Below the pieces are notes generated by a model that worked only from the letters and a program-made list of their open reading frames with translations, made no database searches and had not been told where the DNA came from. Source: Nitrosopumilus sp. (GTDB lineage Archaea; Thermoproteota; Nitrososphaeria; Nitrososphaerales; Nitrosopumilaceae). From it: a stretch of 64,000 bases of DNA. The stretch spans positions 928,001 through 992,000 of the forward strand of contig OZ242041.1 in NCBI GenBank assembly GCA_965205215.1, in the 5' to 3' direction. The translations under genes and the position numbers were made by a program. Positions 40,306 through 50,007 of the stretch are shown here, piece by piece (position 1 is the stretch's first letter; every line of letters begins with the position of its first letter).

Positions 40306-40850
40306 CAGATGAGCTATACACTATATCATCGGAATACATTTTATTCATAATTTTTATGGTTCCTGGTTTTATAGCGGTAAAGCTGTTTATTTTTTTCTCA
40401 TATTATGAAAAAACAATCACCTCGTTCAATACTGCATATTATAGCCTGACCGTCGGAGCAATCTCTTATTTCAGTACTCGCTTTATTTCAGATCAATCCC
40501 AGAACGAGATCTTGGTGTTTGTAGTGACAGTGATTATCTTAGCTGTAGCTGCTAGTGGGGCAGGGTGGATAAAACGAAAACTTGTGTCAAAAGGAATGGT
40601 TAGAAACAGTGCATGGGATAACTTTGTGATGAGGGAAGTTGGCACATACATAAGAGTGAAAACTGCAGACGGCAAGATTGTTTACGGCTGGTTAAAATCT
40701 GCATCGACTGATGCCCACAAAAACCACGACATCGTGATTAATGAACCATACATATTACACGAAGGGAAGGAGAAAAAGATAGGAAAATCCATGTTCATAA
40801 ATTCATTGGCTATAGTTCACATATTGATTCTAGATTCGGATCCGATATAG
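40302..40850 (+). CDS. DUF6338-like membrane protein
   Basis: F.VPGF, 3 TM helices, AWD.F, IRVKT.DG..VYG...S. Confidence 0.6.
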   Translation: MTDELYTISSEYILFIIFMVPGFIAVKLFIFFSYYEKTITSFNTAYYSLTVGAISYFSTRFISDQSQNEILVFVVTVIILAVAASGAGWIKRKLVSKGMVRNSAWDNFVMREVGTYIRVKTADGKIVYGWLKSASTDAHKNHDIVINEPYILHEGKEKKIGKSMFINSLAIVHILILDSDPI

Positions 40851-41084
40851 TAAGCGCCTTTAATCAACTATCTGCCAGACGGTGCATGAATGCTCCGATC
40901 CAAACTTCATCCCAAGGTAGTGGATCATACTAAATAGCGGTGCGCTTGGTACGGTTTGCCAAACGATCCGGCCGGGCATACATGGAATGAAGGTTATCTA
41001 ATATGCGCTATTATGATTAATTATTTAATAGTAAATTATGAAGTACTGACTTGAACTATGACGATTCAGTAAAGTGACTTAGAA

Positions 41085-41333
41085 TCAAAAACCATCAAAC
41101 GGATCTCTACTAGATGTGAGAGAGCCGGCGACACCGACAAAAACATGACGAATACACCAATACCTAGCATTTCTGTGGTCACAGTTCTCACAATCGTAAT
41201 TCCGTTCGAGACTCTCTTCACAGCATTTCTTGACGTAAAATTCTGTGTACGCGCTATCAGGCGGATATGCCGTTATCTTCCTACCGCAATTATCACATGA
41301 GAAATCTTGGTTTGTCTTCTTTTCTGCCAACAT
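41085..41333 (-). CDS. small Cys-rich zinc-binding protein
   Basis: CDNC, CC, CENC, WC. Confidence 0.55.
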   Translation of the reverse strand: MLAEKKTNQDFSCDNCGRKITAYPPDSAYTEFYVKKCCEESLERNYDCENCDHRNARYWCIRHVFVGVAGSLTSSRDPFDGF

Positions 41334-41335
41334 TC

Positions 41336-41497
41336 TTACCTCATTTGCCTTTTCTGCTTCCAGTCAATGTCTTTTCTCGGTCTGTCCCAGTAAGGGCTTT
41401 TGCATTTGGGACAGACTCTGGGATTGGATTCGTTCCTTGGAACCCATTTGTGGAAACATCGTTCGCATTGGTAACCCTCCAGCATTATCTTTGTCAT
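41336..41497 (-). CDS. 53-aa zinc-ribbon protein (below ORF-track cutoff)
   Basis: MTKIMLEGYQCERCFHKWVPR...PRVCPKCKSPYWD. Confidence 0.7.
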   Translation of the reverse strand: MTKIMLEGYQCERCFHKWVPRNESNPRVCPKCKSPYWDRPRKDIDWKQKRQMR

Positions 41498-41540
41498 GGT
41501 TTTAGTATATTACTAGTAGTATATAACTATTTTTAACCCC

Positions 41541-41562
41541 GACGCTGGTGCGAATTCGTGAC
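41541..41562. repeat. 22-bp motif arm E
   Basis: GACGCTGGTGCGAATTCGTGAC. Confidence 0.85.
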
Positions 41563-41811
41563 TTGCTAGGTACGACGAGAGACCTGGAAAGCTAGTGTGA
41601 GCTGATCTTCTCTAGAAACTATCTGGGGCCGACTGCATGCGGTGCAGGGCATTAGTTGAAGCCTCCTGCTAGTCCCGCCCTGTGAAAAGCGCAGCCGCGA
41701 TCTTAAAGAGTGTACTGAGAGGACGGTGGGGAAGGGGTGCTATATGGTACTAAGGGCGCTTGTGTCGCGTGACGGTAATGCATACATAGGCACAGGTGCA
41801 ATTTTTGTTGA

Positions 41812-44644
41812 TTGGCAACAACAGAGCCCACGTTGAACGACAGACTGGCAAGCATCTTGGACAGGCGCAGCTGCTGGAGCGCACTGCCGGAACAAACTGA
41901 CGAATTGGAGGACGGCGGGCAGATCGACGTACTGATCAAGGAGCGCGGCTGGCCACACGTGATCATGGAATGCAAGATCGGCAAAAAGCCGGAGGATGTG
42001 GACAAGCGGTTTGACAACACATTCAAGGACAAGACGAAACCCGGCATAGTATTTGAGGTAAAGTATCCGGAATGGCTGCGCCGCGCCGGCGCCGGAAAAC
42101 TTGAGGATGCAACGCTCTGGTACTGCGTATGGTATAACAAGCATACTAGGTTTCCGAAGGACGGTTGGCTAGAAGGTACTGCATACGATCTCGCGACCGC
42201 CGTCCAGTATTCAAGAGAGTTCAAGGGGTATGCGGAGGGTGCAACGAAACTGCATGATGCGGTCATGGAAGCGGCATCCGCAATGAACGTACTGTCGAAG
42301 AAGATACAAAAAAGTATAAGCCACATAATGGAACAGGAGCGATCCATACAGACGCATGCCACTGCAGCCCTCGTGGTCGCGGGCGCGCTGAGGTTCCACG
42401 ATACTGCAGCAGAGTCGCACGATGTCGAGCTGATTGGCAGCATGCTGGACAGCGAGGGTTACATCAACACTGCAAAACTCGTACCCGCGTGGAAGGAGAT
42501 ACTGAAACACGACTACTATCCGATATTCTCATCGGCTCTGCAGATCATAAGCGAACTGCCGCAGGATACGGCCTCGAACATAGTCAGGCTGCTGCACCGC
42601 GCCAACGGCGATCTTGCGCGCATACACCTGAGCAACTCATCCGACCTGTACGGGCAGACATACCAGCAGATAATCTCCGACAGGAAGAAACTGGCCGCAT
42701 TCTATACGAGGCCGCCGTCGGCAGCCCTCTTGGCCGCCGTCTCCGTACCTGACAAATGGCGCGATTCCGAGTCGCTGCGGAATGTGCGCGTCGCGGACTT
42801 TGCATGCGGCACGGGCACGCTGCTACACACCGTCTACAGGCAGCTTGCGGCCAATTATGAGATCGCCTCCGGGCAGCCCATGGCCTCCATGCATTCGCAC
42901 ATGATGGCCAACTGCCTGATTGGCGCCGACGTGCTGCCGATTGCAACCCACCTGACGGCCGCCGTACTGTCAAACACGTATCCAAGGCAGCCGTACGAGC
43001 AGACCCGCATATTCCAGCCCCGGCAGGGGACAACAGACCACAAGATAGGCTCGCTTGAGTGGATAACCGAGAGCGCCAAATTGGATGAGAGCGAGACCCA
43101 TCTTACCGGCGTTGGCGAGCAGGGCACGAGCACGCCGCCGGCGCACGGCTCGTGCCACGTCGTAATCATGAATCCCCCGTATTCCCGCTCGCAGGGACCT
43201 GGGGGACGTACCGGTTCAGGCAGTGATGTCGACGGGGGGGGGGGGAGACCCGGTTCAGTTGTTCACGGCGTTTGGCGCCACCGACAAAGACCGAAGAAAG
43301 ATGGGGGAACGCGCGACCGAGCTGTTCAGGCCGCCGACAAAGACCGTAACCAGAAGGACATACTGCGCGGACAAGCGCGCAGGCCTGGGCACGTTCTTCA
43401 TGGATTTGGCGCACGCCAAGCTCGGGAAGGGCGGGAGCCTGGGCCTCGTCCTGCCGATGACTGCCGCAACCGGCGTAAACTGGAGAAAGTTCCGCAGCAT
43501 CATTGAAACCGAATATACGGATGTGATAGTATTCAGCGGGAGGTTCTCTGCCGACACCGGCATGAAGGAGATCATCATATCGGCCAAGAAACTCAGGGAA
43601 GACGAGGCACCGTCCGGACGCGGGGTGTTCGTGTCCCTGGACAGGCAAATTGACACCATACTGGAGGGTGTCTGCATAGGAAAGGCGGTACGCAATCTAT
43701 CCATGCTGTCGCTTGAGGATGCCATGCAGGGGAGCACGCGCATACTGGTGGGCGATGACGAGATGGGTTCTGCACTCGACTGCCCGTTGCAGGACGGATG
43801 GCATACCGTGGACGCGGCGGACTTTACGCTGCACCAGATCGTGCAGCATTTGAGGCAGGGCAAGCTGTACCTGCCGTACATGTCGTCCCTGCTTGACCTC
43901 GCCACCACCACCATGTCTGAAATTGCGGACGTGGGTCCCTCTGATCTTCAGATTCTCGGAGGCGAGGCCCAGCCGGGAAGGACCACAAGCTATTCCGGAC
44001 CGTTCAACCTGCGTGATTATAATCCACGCAGCACATACTCGACGCTTTGGAGTAACCACAACAAAACCCAGCAGCAGATGATAGTAAGGCCGGACCATAC
44101 ACTGGAGCCGCGTAAAAACTGCAATGTCGACAGCATAAAGAGACTCTGGAGAACCAGATCGAACATACACATGAACGTCACTACCGACACCACGTCCCAG
44201 GCACTGATGATGTCCTATACGAAGAAACCCGTGGTCGGCGGAAGAGCGTGGCCGAGTGTCATCACAAAGAGGAAATACGCCAAGGGGCTTGCTGTCTGGT
44301 GCAATTCAACACTCGGCATACTGTGCAGGTGGGCAATGTCAAACCACCAGCAGGTAGGCAGGAGTACGACATCACGCACCGCCCTGAAGGACCTGCTCGT
44401 TCTGGCGCCGTCCGGACTTGCATTGCTTGGCGAGGTGTTTGACGAGTTTGCCGAAAAGAAGTTTGACCGCATAATGAACCTCTGGAAGGACCCGGTGCGC
44501 ATTGACATGGACACGCATATGCTAAACCGGCTTGGCGTCGGAGGTGTTGACTTGGATGACTTGCGCGTGCGCCTGTGCGCAGAACCATCCATGCATGGAA
44601 GAAGACAGATCACCGAGTTGGAATCTGCACTGGCAGACAACTAA
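41812..44644 (+). pseudogene. type IIG-like restriction-modification fusion (nuclease-N6 MTase-TRD), frameshifted at G12 (43234-43245)
   Basis: IDV...MECK (PD-(D/E)xK), FYT, DFACGTGTL, NPPY; continues in the 43223-44644 frame; G11 or G14 would fuse the frames. Confidence 0.8.
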
Positions 44645-44774
44645 CAGACACTGGTAAGTTAGTGACCTGAAATTTCTGAAAAGTCGGTGATCTAGGCGTG
44701 GGGTTTGGTGGCTGCCTTTGTTGCCGTCTGTATCATGATCGGTCACTTGTTCTTGCCCTCTGGATCCTATCATC

Positions 44775-45103
44775 TCTCAATTCGTCAGTTTGTTCCGGCA
44801 ACGCGCTCCAGCAGCTATATCTGTCTAGAATGCTTGCCAGTTTGCCGTTCAGCATGGATTCTGTTATTGCCCGTCAGCAACAATTGTGCCTGTACCTATG
44901 TATGCAGTACAGTCACGCGACACAAGCGCCGTCAGTACCATCTAGTGTCCTTTCCTTCCACCGCCCTCTCAGCATACTCTTTAAGATCGCGGCTGCGCTT
45001 TTCACAGGGCGGGACTAGCAGGAGGCTTCAACTAATACCTTACACCGTAAGTAGTCGGTCCCAGATAGTTTCCAGAGAAGATCGTCTCCATATAACTTTC
45101 CAG
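44775..45103 (-). repeat. inverted diverged copy of the R-M leader and 5' coding region (41584-41910)
   Basis: e.g. TTAGTTGAAGCCTCCTGCTAGTCCCGCCCTGTGAAAAGCGCAGCCGCGATCTTAAAGAGT in both; encodes LASILDR.SCWSALPEQTDEL then truncates. Confidence 0.85.
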
Positions 45104-45124
45104 TTCCTTTGCCGTGTTTAACAG

Positions 45125-45191
45125 GTCACGACTTCGCACTAGTATCTACGAAAAAGTGCTGGTGCAAATTCGTGATATGGAATCTAGGCAC
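45125..45191. repeat. back-to-back 22-bp motif arms F
   Basis: GTCACGACTTCGCACTAGTATC-8 nt-AGTGCTGGTGCAAATTCGTGAT-ATGGAATCTAGGCAC. Confidence 0.8.
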
Positions 45192-45751
45192 ACCCGCAGG
45201 CACGACGCAATCAGCAAAATGCCCACCGCGGCGGCAGGCATTGTAACCGAGGGCGCCAACAAATGGAAAACCATCATTCAGAACAGCAACCTGTACCTCA
45301 TGGCGACTAACCAGAGGGTCTGATCACGAGAGTGTCGGAGACATCCGTTCTAACCGAAGGCCTGCACGACCAGGTTTGCCATTCTAAAGATGACATCAAC
45401 TATTGTCATTATCTTTTTTGTTCGTTTCATTTTTCTACCTCCTATATGGAGTGGCGATTTTTGCAACCGCCTGAACAACACTTCTTTCCTCAAAATTTAC
45501 TATTCCTGACTTTCTCGATCAGATCCTTGGGGGACTCTGCCACCACTACATCATACTTTATGAGGTAGGTATTAAGCTTGGCTATTGGTTTAAGATGGGT
45601 AAACTTGAGTAAAGATGTGACATGCTGAATCCGCCTCCCGCATCACAGATTCATAGCAGGTTGCGCGGGAAGGCCGTACGGCGCGGATACGGTACTCACT
45701 ACCTACCATGTGGGAGTGCCGGCAATGGGATTAAAATAAGGTGGCAATGCC

Positions 45752-45788
45752 GTGCCTAGATTCCATATCCCAAACTTGCACCAGTACC
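45752..45788. repeat. 22-bp motif arm G with flank inverse to F
   Basis: GTGCCTAGATTCCAT-ATCCCAAACTTGCACCAGTACC. Confidence 0.75.
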
Positions 45789-45978
45789 CAACTAAGAAAA
45801 ACATATTAGTTCGATAGAAGAATTATAGACATGGTTATTGAGAATTACTTTGATATTACATTTCCATACGCAGATTTGATTCTAAATTATAGTGAGAGTC
45901 TAGCACTGGCATATTCTGGTGCGGCACTTTATGCATTAACAAAAAAAAAACGGATAACTCGGAACGATCATGCAATTT

Positions 45979-46269
45979 TTACGCATGACTAAAACGAGTT
46001 AAAAACTCTAGCCCAGCCTTTGTAAGCTGTATTTCGTAAACCATGTAAACACTCCTTCCTCCAACTTGACGGTGTTTACGCCTTATTATGATCTGGCAAG
46101 ATTCTTCTAGATCGCGCGTTATATCATACCACGAACTAATAGGAATGCCTAGTTCTTGTGCCAGACCAGTAGTTTCAGTGAAATCTTCACCTATTTTTAT
46201 AATGAAATTTTTGTCTTTCAGACACTGTAACAGAACTCGTTTATAGTGAAAATATTTCCCTTTTCGCAT
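45979..46269 (-). CDS. small winged-helix-like protein (AT-rich)
   Basis: TGLAQELGI..SSWY.I...LE....I...; Y.I.LT..G..FL. Confidence 0.5.
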   Translation of the reverse strand: MRKGKYFHYKRVLLQCLKDKNFIIKIGEDFTETTGLAQELGIPISSWYDITRDLEESCQIIIRRKHRQVGGRSVYMVYEIQLTKAGLEFLTRFSHA

Positions 46270-46309
46270 TCACAAGTGATGCACCTAGAGATATTTAAAG
46301 CGTATGAGA

Positions 46310-46381
46310 ATCGGTGGTGCGAATTCGTGATGTGGATCAGAGTCTCGACTGAAATCCACATCACAAATTCGCACCAGCACC
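46310..46381. repeat. 22-bp motif doublet H
   Basis: GGTGCGAATTCGTGATGTGGAT ... ATCCACATCACAAATTCGCACC. Confidence 0.85.
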
Positions 46382-46424
46382 TTGCATGATATGACATAAT
46401 AACAAGAAGTACCCATGTGTAACG

Positions 46425-46508
46425 ATGGCAAAAGCCAGTAAAGGATCAGCCGGATGGCCTAGTAAGACCGGCAATCCCTCCGGAAAGGGGAGGGACAACA
46501 ACAACTAG
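46425..46508 (+). CDS. 27-aa microprotein MAKASKGSAGWPSKTGNPSGKGRDNNN
   Basis: Resembles the WPSxTGNPSGGGRxN small-protein motif (from recollection, unverified). Confidence 0.55.
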   Translation: MAKASKGSAGWPSKTGNPSGKGRDNNN

Positions 46509-46811
46509 CAGGGTGCTTTTATCCCCCCCCGTAAGGGGGGCACCCTTTCCAGCAATCAACCTCATGCCATCTGCGATCACGCCTAGCCCGTGCCTGACTC
46601 TACTCAAGTATGTAATTCCCAAAATATTTGAGACTGTTTGAAAGGTGGTGTGGCATGCAGGAGGGCCAATCTGCCCTACTTTTCAGGACGGCCACCGGTT
46701 ACCGGCGGCGGCAAAGGCAGGTCCCCGTTTTGACAGCGGATTACAGGTCACCAGTTCTTGACAACACCCGCCCACGCGACGAGTTATATAGCTGTAAGTG
46801 GTGTTTAAACC

Positions 46812-47087
46812 ATGCATCGGAACATCAGATACTATAGAAACAGCCCTGACTGGAGGCCTTCCCTTGGGGAGGCCATAGACAAGGCTCACTACAGAAACAG
46901 ACACTACCACGCGGTGTGTGATCCGGCCACCGGCGCATGTACAGAACATTATGATAAGCACGACCCTCATGAGTCAATACCGTCCCTTGTGCGACACATG
47001 TGGGACAGCGACCTAGGAAGGTTTGTGTTGGTAGCTCTAGGCATAATCACCGTCGTTGGTACAGCTGCAGTAGCACTGAGAAAGTGA
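46812..47087 (+). CDS. small His-rich protein with C-terminal TM anchor
   Basis: H.DKHDP...L.RH..D then a hydrophobic helix. Confidence 0.5.
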   Translation: MHRNIRYYRNSPDWRPSLGEAIDKAHYRNRHYHAVCDPATGACTEHYDKHDPHESIPSLVRHMWDSDLGRFVLVALGIITVVGTAAVALRK

Positions 47088-47179
47088 CCGTTTCACACTC
47101 CTTTTTTTTCACTACTAAATGAACTCAAGTATACGCCTGATCGTAACGGCTCCCAAATGATATATCTCACACGGCCAAG

Positions 47180-47264
47180 AAATCTGGTACGAATTCGTGA
47201 CTTCACCCATTGAGAATCATGACGTGATGTCTCCTTCTGGAGGTCACGAATTCGCACCAGTACC
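47180..47264. repeat. 22-bp motif doublet I
   Basis: CTGGTACGAATTCGTGAC ... GTCACGAATTCGCACCAGTACC. Confidence 0.85.
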
Positions 47265-47307
47265 TACGAAATACTAGTTATATAGTGCACATTCGGCATA
47301 CCCATCA

Positions 47308-49177
47308 TTGACTCCTATTGCAACCTTGAAATGGCATTTTCCGCCGACCGTGGGTGGGCCAGAGCAGGGGTTCAACGACAGTGGCAAGGAATTCTTTACG
47401 GCGGGCATTCTGGAGCACGTCGTACGGGAGATCATCCAGAACTCGCTTGACGCAAAGGATCCACGGCATCCGGACAAGCCGGTAGTTGTGAGAATGAGTA
47501 AGATCGAACTGGAGCGCAGCGCGATCAACGCCAGTTCCCTCGCAAGGCACGTGGCAGAATCGTTGAAGTCCACCCGGGAAAAGAATAATGAAAAGGGAGT
47601 CAGGGTTTACCAACGCGCACTGAAAATGCTGAAAAGCCGTAAGATACCGGTCCTAGTGGCCGTGGACGAGAACACCACAGGACTGAATGATACGCGCTGG
47701 GCCAGGCTAGTGCACGAGGAGGGCACGACAAGCAAGGACGGCCCCGCGGCGGGCGGAAGCTTTGGCATAGGCAAGAACGCCCCGTACGCAGCGTCCGCGC
47801 TCGGATTGGTGTGCTACTCGACGCATTTCCCGAGCAGGCACCGGACCGAGATGTTCATCGCCCGGTGCAAGCTCGTCTCACATGCGGATCCAGATGACAA
47901 AAACAGGCAGTTGCAGCACGTCGGCCTTGGAACGTCTGAGGATTTTGACGGGAGGCGGTACCCACCAGTCATGGGCCGCGAGATCCACGAGGCGTTCAGG
48001 CTGAAAAAAACGGGCACGGGCATATTCATAGTTGGGTTCAAGGTGGAGCGCGACTGGGAAAAGATCGTCGTGCGCTCCGTGGCACGCAACTTTTTTGCCG
48101 CCATACACGACAAAAAGCTGTCCGTCCAAGTCGGGGATTTTGAGATCACAAACGAGACGCTGAACGACTGCCTTGAAAAGGAGTCCCAGAAGGCGTACTA
48201 TGAACTGTACAGAAACTCCGAGCAGCCGATCGCCGTTGGTGGTGGGGGGGGGGGGGTGGAACTTTTGCCTGAAGATCGCCACCGGCGACGAAAAGATGGG
48301 GAACAGCGTCGCATACGTAAACCGTCGCGGAATGCTGATCACCGCCAAAAAGGGGTTCACCGAGAACCCGTTCAGTGTGCGAATTGACATAGGCAGGTAT
48401 GTCGCGGTCGTCTGGGCCGCCGACGACGACACGGACGCGCGGATTAGGGAGATGGAACCGCCGACCCACGAGTCAATAGAATACAGGCGCATAGAGGAGT
48501 CGGATCGGCGCAAAAAGATAAGCGGCCGGCTCCAAGACGTGTCGAACGAGATCCGCGAACACATCAGGAAGAAGCTGGACCTCGAGACGTTTGATCAAAG
48601 GATGGAGCTCAGAGAGCTGTCGGACATCATACCGTACGTGTCCGATCCGGACAAGGACAACAAGAACGAAGACGATGGAACGAGCAGCCAGCCGAACCAG
48701 CAGATAGGAGTCCGGACTATACAGACCGGGAAGGGGATCATGCAGGCGGACGAGGTGGAAGAAGGGAGTGATGAGGAAACAAAACCGTCAGACGGCAAGG
48801 GTGGCGGGGGAGGCAGACCGCCAGACGACCCACCACCACCCAAGACGAAAAAGACCGCATCCAACATGAAAAACGTCCGTGTGGTGCGCCATGGCGCGGG
48901 GAAGCTCCGCGTGGCGTTCGACACGAAGACGGGCGCCAGCAAGTTCGTGATCAAACCCGCTGGGGAGGAGTACAAGGACGAGGCGCCGATCACCGTTGCG
49001 GCCACCGCGGGCGTGTCGGGCACCGGTGAAGTCGAGATACTGGACAAGAATACGATACGCGTGAACGCCAAACCCTGCTCGCGCGTGGTGCTGGACGTGT
49101 CGCCGGACGGACTGTCTGAATATACCGGCTACACCATACTGGAATACAGGGCTCGGAGGAGAAAGATTTCCAAATGA
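47308..49177 (+). pseudogene. GHKL (HATPase-like) ATPase, frameshifted at G13 (48244-48256)
   Basis: REIIQNSLDA, D.NTTGL, GGSFGIGK; continues in the 48173-49177 frame; G12 restores one ORF. Confidence 0.75.
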
Positions 49178-50007
49178 ACACCATACTCTTGCCTCACCCC
49201 GTACTGCGTCCCGACGGTACAGACTACCGGACGGGCCTGGGGTTCAACATGTCGCTGACTGGCGAGCCCAAATACACGCTGGACGACAAGATACTGGTGC
49301 CGGTGCGGTTTGACCTGGAGAGCAGGTTCGTACGGGGACTGATACGCGGCGGAAAGGCCCGCATAATCGTGGTCGTAAAGTGCTCCCGCACGTACGAGCG
49401 TATGACGCTTGACGTGGACGTCACAGAAACCACACTGAAGCTCCCACTCGCCCGCTACGCGGACAAGATCAGACTTTTGCCGTACGTGTCCGCCACGGAA
49501 TCCATAGAGCGGTTCAAGTCGCCGGAGCACCACGCCGAGTTCTCCGACGTCGAGATCAATCTGCCCGCAGGCGCCATACTAGCCCGGGGCTCCGACACAG
49601 AACTCACGATAGATGCGTTGCAGACCCTGAGCGCCGCGATACAATTGGTGCCCGACGACAGACTCGAGGACGGGCAGTACGTCATTGATGTCGGGGGCGA
49701 CTACATACAGATATACATGAACGCGAAGACCTGCCGCGGCGTCGATGCCCTGCGCAAGACCAACCGCGGCCTCCTGTACCCGTCAGTCTACATGACTGTC
49801 CTGACGCACGCCATACAGAACGTCACAGCGGATCGCACCAGAAAGTGGGAGGAGGCCCTCAGGAAGACGCTTGAGAAAAACAACATGTGGATTGACGATG
49901 AGAATGACCGGAAAAGCGAGGCGTACGTGCATGCACAAAAACTGCTAAAGCATCCGGTGAGGTTCATCACGGCGGAACCGGCAGGAGGGGCGGACGGCGA
50001 TGAGTAA
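49174..50007 (+). CDS. hypothetical protein coupled to the GHKL ATPase
   Basis: N-terminal PHPVL...DY; ATGA overlap with upstream gene. Confidence 0.75.
   Translation: MNTILLPHPVLRPDGTDYRTGLGFNMSLTGEPKYTLDDKILVPVRFDLESRFVRGLIRGGKARIIVVVKCSRTYERMTLDVDVTETTLKLPLARYADKIRLLPYVSATESIERFKSPEHHAEFSDVEINLPAGAILARGSDTELTIDALQTLSAAIQLVPDDRLEDGQYVIDVGGDYIQIYMNAKTCRGVDALRKTNRGLLYPSVYMTVLTHAIQNVTADRTRKWEEALRKTLEKNNMWIDDENDRKSEAYVHAQKLLKHPVRFITAEPAGGADGDE

Noticed and set aside
14795-47264. 22-bp arms as CRISPR repeats or canonical attC sites
   Set aside because: Dispersed, inverted and irregularly spaced; no RYYYAAC/GTTRRRY ends seen.
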